Source: a virus (lineage: Duplodnaviria; Caudoviricetes). Taken from it: DNA of 38,561 nucleotides. The notes under the pieces were generated by a model. That model saw only the letters and a list, made by a program, of their open reading frames with translations. It was not told the origin of the DNA and made no database searches. This document shows, one piece after another, positions 17,961-25,782 of this stretch (its first letter is position 1; the number at the start of each line of letters is the position of its first letter). A program made the position numbers and the translations under genes. Where the stretch lies: positions 1 to 38,561 of the IMG/VR virus record IMGVR_UViG_3300029821_000128, one strand, 5' to 3'.

Positions 17961-19173
17961 TGGCAACCTCTTCGAGCCAAATATAATACACATCGTTGCT
18001 CGATGTCACTTTCTTAACCTTGAACGATGAATTTCTTGCAAAAAGAACCTCTTGCTCCGCTGGGTTAAACTCAGTAAAATCAGCGCCATTCAGCGACTTG
18101 ATAAACATTTGCACCTGGCCATCGGGATTATAGACGTCGCCTTTTGTTGTAGAGAGAAATTGCTTAAAAGGGAATGTAGCTGATGGCTTAAATTGCGACA
18201 CATAATCTTGAGCGGCCTGTTTATCATTGAAGAAAAGCGACCTGGTAACCTCACCTTTATATTTTGGTTGAGCAGCAATGATCTTATCAAGGCTTTTAAC
18301 AATTTTTTCCTCAGTTTCTGTCAGCGGCGCATCGTCTCTAAGCTTTTCATTCAAAACATAACTGCCACCTGAAACATAAGCATTTACGGCATACTGGTCT
18401 TCATCTTCAAGCTGTTTGGCCTCTTTTATTACGGCATTAAGGCGAGGACGCAGGTCTGGCGGATAATTTTCAGGTTTTGGCTGCCAGACGTCTTTTCCCG
18501 GATTATAATCCCATCCATCAGGAACATGCGGGCTGATTTTGACTGCTTCGATTTCGCCTTTGCTGACTTCCAGGCCCTTCGTTTCAACTTCGAATTTGGA
18601 AAGCGAAACGACCCGACAACGACAGCCCCAGCCGTTCGGCGGGTAATATTTATCCCAGAATGGATCATCATGCCGGAATATTTTTCCGTTAAGCACGCGA
18701 TGAGCGTCTCTGGTTCTGCCGTCCATGACCGCAACGTATTTCCAGTAAGGGCGCAGCCTGGTGCTACCTTTCATTTCCTTGTATCGACCCGCCATGTAGG
18801 CAGTTTGCATATTGGTGCGGTAGATGGTTTTCAATCGCCAGGGCGCAGAAAGATCAACTTCTTTTTGTGAGCCGTCTGGGCGATCAATGTTCTTTTTGCC
18901 CCACCAGCCTTTCTTTTCGAGAAGCAGTTGCAGGTCTTTCTTGAAGCTTTCGAAACTTTTGCCGCCATTCTGAGCGTCCTCGACGGCCTTGCGGATATCG
19001 ACCAGCACGTCGAGTTGAGTGACACCGGCGACGGTGAAGGCTCTGGTGTGTGCTTCGCGCTTCATTTCGTGCCAATCAAAACTGACCTGGTAGCCCTTCT
19101 TTTCGAAGTATTTGATAGCTTCGTCAGGTGGCAGGTTGAAAGCGCCCTTTAAAATGTCGGCATCACCTGGCAT
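17950..19173 (-). CDS. muF: MuF (gp30/SPP1 gp7-like) minor head protein with C-terminal ADP-ribosyltransferase domain, 407 aa
   Basis: AFTVAG, RLKTIYRTNMQTAY.AGR, YPPNGWGCRC MuF motifs; C-terminal AY..G.Y.LNEKLR, VTR, FLSTT, EQEVLF (R-S-E clade ART). Confidence 0.88.
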   Translation of the reverse strand: MPGDADILKGAFNLPPDEAIKYFEKKGYQVSFDWHEMKREAHTRAFTVAGVTQLDVLVDIRKAVEDAQNGGKSFESFKKDLQLLLEKKGWWGKKNIDRPDGSQKEVDLSAPWRLKTIYRTNMQTAYMAGRYKEMKGSTRLRPYWKYVAVMDGRTRDAHRVLNGKIFRHDDPFWDKYYPPNGWGCRCRVVSLSKFEVETKGLEVSKGEIEAVKISPHVPDGWDYNPGKDVWQPKPENYPPDLRPRLNAVIKEAKQLEDEDQYAVNAYVSGGSYVLNEKLRDDAPLTETEEKIVKSLDKIIAAQPKYKGEVTRSLFFNDKQAAQDYVSQFKPSATFPFKQFLSTTKGDVYNPDGQVQMFIKSLNGADFTEFNPAEQEVLFARNSSFKVKKVTSSNDVYYIWLEEVANDE

Positions 19174-20679
19174 TCAGACGCCCCCATACGGCGGCAACGA
19201 AGTAGGCCCGTTCAAGCATTTTGGTGAGAGCATCGAATGACAGGCCGTCGTAAGTTTCGACCAGGTCAGTCATGATCTGCTCATAGCTCTGGCCATTCTC
19301 AATCAACTTAATAATAGGGGCCAGTATGCCTTCAGCCTGCTTTTGCAGTTCAACCGGGTTGATGTCGTCGACAAACTCTTCGACAACAGTCTGCGGATTC
19401 GCTAGTTTGCGAGGCATTCCCAGCCCTTTGCGCAGATAGTCAGCAATTTCTTCCTGAGATGGCACCGCAAAGTTTATCGGCTTGCCGGGTTGCTGGTTGG
19501 CTATCGGTGCCGATGGCTCTGCGAGGTCGAAGTCGTCTTCCTGCAGGTTGTATTCGCGCACGAAGTAGCTTTTCTTAAACTTGACGCCGGCCTGGCCGAG
19601 TTTGGTGTCGCGGTCGGCTTTTTGCGCCAGATCTTCGTCTTCTTCAAAATCGCGCCAGAGTTGCGGCACTGGAGCGCCGGGCATGTTGAGCTCGATAATC
19701 CATTTCACCAGGGTATTATTCAGGCATTCGCACAGCGCGTCAGCATCTGCTTTTGCAGTTTCGAGACGCACTTCGTTGCCGACCTCATCCCTGGCACGGC
19801 TGCCGCCGGCGGTATTCTGATTCGTGGTGCCAGTTTCGCCGAGAACGACTTCAGAGATTTGTTCGTCCATGTAGCGCACGAGCTTTTCGTAAGTGTCGAT
19901 ACCGCTTCTGGCCGCTTCGAGCAAAGTGACTTCCATGCCCTCGGGTATGGTTATGCCACTGTCGCTTGCTATAGCCTGCAAGGCAGCTTTTAAGGCGTCT
20001 TTCTCGCTTTTCGTGGCGCTGGCGAGCCGTATTTGTCGCAGAAAACCAGCCAGAAGGTAATACCTTTACGCTTGAAGAAGACCGGCCAGAAAAGGCTGTT
20101 GCCGAGCGCAAAACCATAAGGGTTTTCATAACGCGGCTCGAAGGTGAATTTGATGAATTTTCTTTCAGGCAGGGGGATGCCCTTGTATGTGTCTCGCATC
20201 GTAAGCAGGCGCATTTCAACACCGTCGCCTTCATCGACAAAAACGAAGCGCTGCGGCTTTCTGAATCTGATCTCGGCCGGTCGGATCTCGTTCTCTTCGC
20301 GCACCCACATCACTTCGCCGACTGAGTAGCCTTTCATGATTGCATCGAGAAAACCTGTGGTAGCTTTATCGATGTCGAGCTTGTCCATGTGTCGGCGAAG
20401 CAGCTCGGCAGATTCTTTGGCCTCAGCGGTATCGTCTGCTTCGTTGACTACCCATTCGCGTGAAGTTACAGCACGTTTGCGTTTGCTGATAACAGTTCTG
20501 ACGTGCGCGTCAGATTCGAGATCTTCGTAGGTATCGAGGGCAAGTGTTCCGCCGCGCGACTGCAAAACCTTGTCGGGATTCGGCAAAATGCCTCCGAACA
20601 GCGGCGTTTCGTCTCGGATAGGTGCTATTTCGACGGTCAGTTCTTTTGAAACGACCTTGGTATCTTTCTTTTTTGCCAT
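19163..20679 (-). pseudogene. Portal protein (Mu gp29, DUF935), split by a frameshift at about 20020
   Basis: 5' part has D.HV....KRK.AV, DAIMKGYSVGEVMW, W..FCDKYGSP; 3' part in another frame has SEVVLGETGTT, GNEVR...KADA; the usual xxGKYP between them is missing. Confidence 0.8.
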
Positions 20680-20681
20680 GA

Positions 20682-22160
20682 TCAGCCTCCGTAATAATCA
20701 GCCAGATTGCCAGCGCTGCATTCACGAGGGCCGGCCGAGTCGTATTCAATCACAACCGAATTCTGAAGCGTCGCAAACCACGCCAGACAGTAGCCGATGG
20801 CTCCATCACCGTGGCGCTGTTCACCGCCAATGCCTTTCCGCTTTGCGGTTGCCGGAACCTTTGGCACGCCTTTTTCAGTCTTAACCATGCGATGATCGGC
20901 CTTAATATCGGGATCATCGGAAAGTATAATCTGCCTGTCCTCAAGAGCGGTCTTGTATTTTGGGAAATATTCGCTATACCACTGCTCGGAAAGCATGACC
21001 TGGGTAATTCTGCCAGCGCCATACTTTTGCATGGCAACCTCGGCCAGGTATTGGCCGTTGCCTCTCGCATCGTGCGCGCCATGCATGAAACAGGGCATAG
21101 CATCAACGGTGTAAAACAGCAATTCGCGCTGCTGCGTGAACGGCACGTTCTTCATTTCGATAATAAAAGGCGTCATGCGCATAAGGCCATTAACGACCAG
21201 GGGCACAAAGACCGAAAGGTCGCCGGAACGTGCGAAGTCGAAGCCATAATATGATTTGACCGGGCCACTGACGACTTTCAGGAAGTCGATGACCGGTTTG
21301 ATGTTTTCTTCCCACCAGATTTTGCAGGTTGCGGTTCGTTCCTCTTCAGGCCTGGTTGTAAATTCGTCTTTAAACGCCAGCTTGAAAACCGGAATACCGG
21401 GCTGCATAACTGATTCGAGCAGCACGTTCGAGAAATACAGGCCGCTGCCTTTGCTCGGAACACAAAACAGTTCCTCGTCAGCGCCGTCACCGTAAAACTC
21501 AACTATCTCCTGTCGCCATGCGCGTTCTTTTTCTTTTGTCCAGGCAATACCCATTTTCAGGCAGATGCGCTTATACAGGCCATCGGCCAGCGCATCATCA
21601 AAGGTAACTCGATGCAGACTGTATTTGAGCTTGCCTTCACGGATTGCCTTAATCAATTCGTTAAAGGGGTTGTCTTCGCCGTTATGCGTTGAAATTAAGC
21701 AGACGCGGCCACCCCAGATCAACATTGCCATTGCAGCCTTGATCAATTCGTCCAGCTTCTCGTGAAATCCAGCCTCGTCTATTATGATCAGACCCTGCTT
21801 GCCGCGAAGATTGGAAGGCCGGGAAGACAGCGCGCTTACGCGATACCCGGAAGCGAAAGTGATTCTGAAAGTTAGAATATCCTTGTCTTCATCTGCCAGC
21901 ACGGTTTCCTCGATCTCACCGGCAGCGAGATTGTAATGCCTGGCCCAGAACGCGGAATCTCTGATGAATTCTTGAGCCATGTCTTTGTTGTAGCCGATAT
22001 ACCAGACGTCCATGCCGGATTCGGCTGCAGCAAGCAGAGACGCTTCGGCGGCTTCCCCCCAGGACAAACCAATTCGCCTGGATTTCTCAATCACCCGAAC
22101 TGGCGATGTATCTGAAATCCAGCGCTGCTGATAGCCGAGCAATACAACCGGTGCTGACAT
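20682..22160 (-). CDS. terL: Terminase large subunit (Mu gp28-like), 492 aa
   Basis: LLGYQQRW, EKSRRIGLSW, IIDEAGFH, ISTHNG, GFDFARSGD, HGDGA motifs. Confidence 0.95.
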   Translation of the reverse strand: MSAPVVLLGYQQRWISDTSPVRVIEKSRRIGLSWGEAAEASLLAAAESGMDVWYIGYNKDMAQEFIRDSAFWARHYNLAAGEIEETVLADEDKDILTFRITFASGYRVSALSSRPSNLRGKQGLIIIDEAGFHEKLDELIKAAMAMLIWGGRVCLISTHNGEDNPFNELIKAIREGKLKYSLHRVTFDDALADGLYKRICLKMGIAWTKEKERAWRQEIVEFYGDGADEELFCVPSKGSGLYFSNVLLESVMQPGIPVFKLAFKDEFTTRPEEERTATCKIWWEENIKPVIDFLKVVSGPVKSYYGFDFARSGDLSVFVPLVVNGLMRMTPFIIEMKNVPFTQQRELLFYTVDAMPCFMHGAHDARGNGQYLAEVAMQKYGAGRITQVMLSEQWYSEYFPKYKTALEDRQIILSDDPDIKADHRMVKTEKGVPKVPATAKRKGIGGEQRHGDGAIGYCLAWFATLQNSVVIEYDSAGPRECSAGNLADYYGG

Positions 22161-22161
22161 G

Positions 22162-22683
22162 TTAACCTGCTATACCGAGAATTTTACTTCTGATTGCCTG
22201 AACGGCCTCGTCTGTCAGGCCACCTTTTTTAGCGACGGTCTCAACGTCTTTTGCTGCTTCGACAGTTCGCTTTTTAACGTCAGCAGCGTATTTTTTAACA
22301 GTGGTCGAGGCTTTGCTGAGAGAGCCGATCATGTGCCCAAGGTCATCGAGATCAAGGTCACATTTATCGGCATCGAGTTTATTCAGAACCTGAAAAGCCT
22401 TTTGCTGCACAAGTCTGATCAAGGCATCGTTTAAGTTGCCCTGTTCATCCGGGCAGGCATCAACAAGCACTTTCGCTTGTTCTGTCGCCATTTTTACTGC
22501 AGCCAAAGTATCTTCGAAGTTCTTGCCGTATCGGTGCAGGCTTGATTTGCTGATGCTGTAGCCTTTGGCCTGAATTGCTTCGGCCAGAGCTTCGTAGCCG
22601 GAAAAGTTGCCATCAACCAGCGATTTATCGAGCCACTCTTTGACTTCTGTCGGAAGCGTGACAATGGAGCTGCGTGCTGGCAT
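22162..22683 (-). CDS. Terminase small subunit (Mu gp27-like, DUF3486), 173 aa
   Basis: MPARSSI..LP, ISKSSLHRYG, GLT.E....IR.KILGIA motifs. Confidence 0.9.
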   Translation of the reverse strand: MPARSSIVTLPTEVKEWLDKSLVDGNFSGYEALAEAIQAKGYSISKSSLHRYGKNFEDTLAAVKMATEQAKVLVDACPDEQGNLNDALIRLVQQKAFQVLNKLDADKCDLDLDDLGHMIGSLSKASTTVKKYAADVKKRTVEAAKDVETVAKKGGLTDEAVQAIRSKILGIAG

Positions 22684-22685
22684 GA

Positions 22686-22988
22686 CTACTCCTTCGCGAT
22701 GCCCGGAGGGGCCTTAACGGCAAATTCTACGATATCGATACCATAGGGCAGAATTTTTGCCGACCAGGTAGCGCGATCGCGATCGACTACTTCGATTGCC
22801 TTGAGAGATTCAAGATAGTCGAGATATTTGCGGATTTCATGGGACAGCACCGGGTAGCCAGCGCATTGGAGAGCCGTAAAAAGTGTTTTTTCGTTGGCTC
22901 CGACTGGGCCGGTAGCATGCAGCAGGCGTAAAATCTGGCGGCGAACCGTTTTAACTTCAGCCAGGCGAATTTCATCAGTTTCAAGCAT
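22686..22988 (-). CDS. Mu gp26-like winged-helix protein, 100 aa
   Basis: RRQILRLL...YL...GIDIVE...PPGIA pattern and position. Confidence 0.75.
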   Translation of the reverse strand: MLETDEIRLAEVKTVRRQILRLLHATGPVGANEKTLFTALQCAGYPVLSHEIRKYLDYLESLKAIEVVDRDRATWSAKILPYGIDIVEFAVKAPPGIAKE

Positions 22989-22993
22989 TATTT

Positions 22994-23392
22994 TTAACCT
23001 CTTTTTGCGAGTTCATCAAGCTTGCGGTTGATCATTGCCAGTGCCGATAACACCTGATCTTCCTGGCGGCGACAGTCGTCTTTCAATACATAACTGCGCG
23101 GCATTGCCGCAAATTCGGCCCGCATTTCAGCTATGCTCACTTCGATAGATCCCAGCCGCTGCAGAAGCGCAACATCCTGTTTATTTATGCTGTTCTCAAC
23201 GGCAGTCAGACGTTGCGACAAGGCATCGTCGTCTTTTTCGGCATTCTGTTTAATCGCCATCAGGCGTTGTGAAAGCGCCTCTTTGTTTTCGTTTTCATTC
23301 TTGCCCTGCAGCCAGCGAATCAGCCCGACGAGAAAGCCAGACCATGCGAGGACGAGCGTGAGAAGAATTGGTATGATTTGATGTATCTCCAT
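22994..23392 (-). CDS. Membrane-anchored coiled-coil protein (Mu gp25 position), 132 aa
   Basis: N-terminal TM; three 18-aa ALxQRLxxI/V repeats; YVLKDD motif. Confidence 0.7.
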   Translation of the reverse strand: MEIHQIIPILLTLVLAWSGFLVGLIRWLQGKNENENKEALSQRLMAIKQNAEKDDDALSQRLTAVENSINKQDVALLQRLGSIEVSIAEMRAEFAAMPRSYVLKDDCRRQEDQVLSALAMINRKLDELAKRG

Positions 23393-23406
23393 GGTTTTCT
23401 CCCAGG

Positions 23407-23568
23407 TTAGAATTTGAAATTGAAGCTGGTGCCGATCTTAAAATCAGGCTTCTGGCCTTTACCGACCTTGAGGTCAGCAAAGATATGCCGGGCCTTCAGT
23501 CCAAGACTGACACTTTTCTGATCAGCCTGAACGGTCACTTCGCCGCGTCCAGGCTCGATTGAGGGTTT
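23407..23568 (-). CDS. Unannotated -1 frame extension of holin-like gene (or 43-aa ORF from GTG 23538)
   Basis: Open frame KPSIEPGRGEVTVQADQKSVSLGLKARHIFADLKVGKGQKPDFKIGTSFNFKF* fills the intergenic gap; slippery A AAC CCT at 23562-23568. Confidence 0.65.
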   Translation of the reverse strand, partial: KPSIEPGRGEVTVQADQKSVSLGLKARHIFADLKVGKGQKPDFKIGTSFNFKF

Positions 23569-23933
23569 ACGGTAACAGCTTTCGAGAGCTTATCGGCGGC
23601 GCTCAAACCCTGCGCCATGAGCTTGGCATCAACTTCAAGCGCTTCAGGCAATTCTTTGCCGAAGGCATCTTTGAAACCATCTCGCAGAATCGACATGAAT
23701 TCGCCGTATTTATTAAGCTTGTCGAGTTTGCCTGCTTTCTGCAGCTGTTCGACCAGCGCCCAGATAGGGTAGGCATAGTCACGCACCCAGGGTCGGCCTT
23801 TTTCGACAAGCGCCACGATGCTGTCATCGATAGTGGTTTTCGTTTTCGGCGCAACAGCCTTGAGAATCGCATAGAGCGACATGATCAGCGAAACAACAAT
23901 AGCCACATTGGCCGGGGTCAGGTATTCAGACAT
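23535..23933 (-). CDS. Holin-like membrane protein, 132 aa
   Basis: Follows endolysin; AAGGAG RBS; single N-terminal TM followed by PKTKTTIDD. Confidence 0.6.
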   Translation of the reverse strand: MSEYLTPANVAIVVSLIMSLYAILKAVAPKTKTTIDDSIVALVEKGRPWVRDYAYPIWALVEQLQKAGKLDKLNKYGEFMSILRDGFKDAFGKELPEALEVDAKLMAQGLSAADKLSKAVTVNPQSSLDAAK

Positions 23934-23944
23934 GGTTTATCTCC

Positions 23945-24349
23945 TTAAAATCTGAGGTAAAAATGGGGCCGGTCGACAAACTTCTTATAGTTGCCGCCCC
24001 ACGAAAGGCCGATTTCAGCCGCAATTTCACCCATTCGCGCCCACAGCGCCGGGTCGTTCCAGATCGCGACTTTTCTGCCGTCAACCAGGCGTTGCGGCAC
24101 AGCGTCAAAAGCGAGAGATGCCGGCTTGTTGTTTACGGTATGATTGTGATCACTGCGACCGCCAGGCAGCATCGTCACCTTTTTGCCTGGTTTTGTTCGG
24201 CCCAGCGCGAAAAGATCATCCTGCTCCGCGTTCGAGCGCCAGGTCATATAGATCAGCACATCGATACCGTCTTTTTTGCACAACTGCACAAACTGCCGTG
24301 CCAGTGGCTGCAGCGTCGGATGCAGATCTTCAATTTTTCTGCTCGCCAT
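23945..24349 (-). CDS. Endolysin, peptidase M15 (L-Ala-D-Glu peptidase-like), 134 aa
   Basis: RS..EQ..L...GRT, S.HN, AFD, WGG...FVDRPHF motifs. Confidence 0.92.
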   Translation of the reverse strand: MASRKIEDLHPTLQPLARQFVQLCKKDGIDVLIYMTWRSNAEQDDLFALGRTKPGKKVTMLPGGRSDHNHTVNNKPASLAFDAVPQRLVDGRKVAIWNDPALWARMGEIAAEIGLSWGGNYKKFVDRPHFYLRF

Positions 24350-24369
24350 AAGTCACCTCCTGTTACCCG

Positions 24370-24412
24370 AAAATAGCAATTCCAGGCCAGGCAAAACAGG
24401 TGAAGTGTTTCA
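24370..24412 (-). promoter_or_regulatory. Late promoter 1 (box TGAAACACTTCACCTG, 21 bp, -10 TATTTT)
   Basis: Shared motif and spacing; directly upstream of endolysin, equivalent to Mu Plys. Confidence 0.75.
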
Positions 24413-24415
24413 CAC

Positions 24416-24450
24416 AAAAGAGAATTCCCCTCGAATTTCGAGGGGAATTC
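24416..24450 (-). terminator. Terminator hairpin after the 40-aa peptide gene
   Basis: Inverted repeat GAATTCCCCTCGAA / TTCGAGGGGAATTC (24422-24450) followed by TCTTTT on minus strand. Confidence 0.7.
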
Positions 24451-24497
24451 ATAGAACTAAAAGGTATTTGCTCTCAGAGACAGCCAGTTACCCTATA

Positions 24498-24620
24498 CTA
24501 TTTGCGCTTCTTGCCGCCGAAAGGCCAGGCTTTATAGCCGTAGTCTTTGGCGATCATAAGCTTGCCAGTTCTGTAGTGTCGATAGACAGTTACGTAACCG
24601 TGCTCTGTATGATGATCCAT
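24498..24620 (-). CDS. Unannotated 40-aa basic peptide MDHHTEHGYVTVYRHYRTGKLMIAKDYGYKAWPFGGKKRK
   Basis: Perfect AAGGAGG SD 8 nt before ATG; own downstream terminator. Confidence 0.75.
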   Translation of the reverse strand: MDHHTEHGYVTVYRHYRTGKLMIAKDYGYKAWPFGGKKRK

Positions 24621-24622
24621 AA

Positions 24623-24666
24623 GGTCGTCCTCCTTAAACTATGATTTTCACCTTAAGGAAACGACC
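24623..24666 (-). promoter_or_regulatory. SD-sequestering hairpin in the peptide 5' UTR
   Basis: GGUCGUUUCCUUA pairs with UAAGGAGGACGACC (13 bp, one bulge). Confidence 0.7.
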
Positions 24667-24668
24667 AA

Positions 24669-24697
24669 TTGACAAAAGATCATCTCTGAGTTAATCT
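24669..24697 (+). promoter_or_regulatory. Sigma70-type promoter for an antisense sRNA
   Basis: TTGACA - 17 bp - TAATCT with no plus-strand gene downstream. Confidence 0.65.
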
Positions 24698-24703
24698 TTC
24701 GAT

Positions 24704-24770
24704 AACAAATGATTCGATCGCTGCCTTAACGGTAGCAAAAAACTCAGATGCTCGTAACATCTGAGTTTTT
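24704..24770 (+). ncRNA. Predicted ~67-nt antisense sRNA with two hairpins
   Basis: Between the promoter and a terminator; hairpin GCUGCC-UUAAC-GGUAGC then terminator stem + U5; start position approximate. Confidence 0.55.
24737..24770. terminator. Bidirectional intrinsic terminator
   Basis: AAAAAA-CTCAGATG-CTCGTAA-CATCTGAG-TTTTT; abuts ImmA stop codon. Confidence 0.8.
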
Positions 24771-25356
24771 ACTTTTTCTTCATACTGTTAACTCTATAGC
24801 AGGCTGCCTCATATGAGACGCCAAAAACTTCAGCTATTTCATTAATTGTAGCTCCTTCTCGCAAAAGCATTTCCACTTGAAAAGTAGGCATCAAAAATCT
24901 TGCTGCAAAAGCGTTTGCCTGAATTTCTGGATCTTCATATGGTTTCAGAAATGATCTATTCAGACGTATTCCAGAACTTTCTCCTCGCAAAGAAGTCGAC
25001 TCTCTGAGATATTTCGCGTGAACAGCAATATGACAAATTTCATGCGCCACAGTAAATCTTGCTCGCCCATAACCCGAACTTGATTCATCACCAAGAGAAT
25101 CATATGTTTCATGCGATAGAATTATCTGCTTTGACTTACAAAGAGTCATAGCTTCCACATCTGAAGGCAAATGTTTAATTTGATACTCGTATCCCAACAA
25201 CCATTTCAAATCTGCTTCGAATAGTGAAGCCAAGTCAATCGAAGACGGTTCTTTCAAACTTTCAACAGCAACTCGCTGCCTTATTGCAAGTCCGATGCCT
25301 TCAAGATCGTTCCAGCTTCGCGAAGGGACTCTGGGAACTTTATTATTACTCGTCAT
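24769..25356 (-). CDS. ImmA/IrrE family metallopeptidase (DUF955), 195 aa
   Basis: RARFTVAHEICH (HExxH), EIQANAFAARFLMP, FGVSYEAA HTH tail. Confidence 0.92.
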   Translation of the reverse strand: MTSNNKVPRVPSRSWNDLEGIGLAIRQRVAVESLKEPSSIDLASLFEADLKWLLGYEYQIKHLPSDVEAMTLCKSKQIILSHETYDSLGDESSSGYGRARFTVAHEICHIAVHAKYLRESTSLRGESSGIRLNRSFLKPYEDPEIQANAFAARFLMPTFQVEMLLREGATINEIAEVFGVSYEAACYRVNSMKKK

Positions 25357-25711
25357 CGTCTTTGGGTTTCCCCCTTAATACTTTCAAGATCTGTTCTGCT
25401 TGGTCATCCGTTAAGCCTTTTAGAGCTCTACCCAAAGAGAGAGCTGCATCCAACTGAAGGTCATGCAAACCCTCAGTATCAAGTTCGATATGCTTTCTCT
25501 GCTGAGCCGCGAGCCTCAATAGTTCATTTTCATCCGCACCGATAATTTTCGCTATTTTGACTATTCTTTCTGGACTTGGTGGAGCTCTATGCCCTAACTC
25601 AACATCAGAAAGATAGACAGCGGAACATTCAAGCGCTTTACCTAGCTGTCTCAAAGTTATTCTTGAGTGCTCTCGAAGCTCTCGAACCCTTTCTCCGAAT
25701 TTCTGCGACAT
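25346..25711 (-). CDS. XRE-family HTH regulator, 121 aa
   Basis: ATG 25711 with GAGGAG RBS; FGERVRELR...LRQLG...YLSDVELG.RAPP. Confidence 0.9.
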   Translation of the reverse strand: MSQKFGERVRELREHSRITLRQLGKALECSAVYLSDVELGHRAPPSPERIVKIAKIIGADENELLRLAAQQRKHIELDTEGLHDLQLDAALSLGRALKGLTDDQAEQILKVLRGKPKDDDE

Positions 25712-25782
25712 TCCGTTTCTCCTCATTGTAAGTGCAGTTTGTTCTAGTTTTACTCGAACACATTTACCTGTCACTACATGAT

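Noticed and set aside
24276-24644. 122-aa plus-strand ORF across the peptide locus
   Set aside because: No RBS, crosses a terminator and late promoter; the minus-strand 40-aa ORF has far better signals
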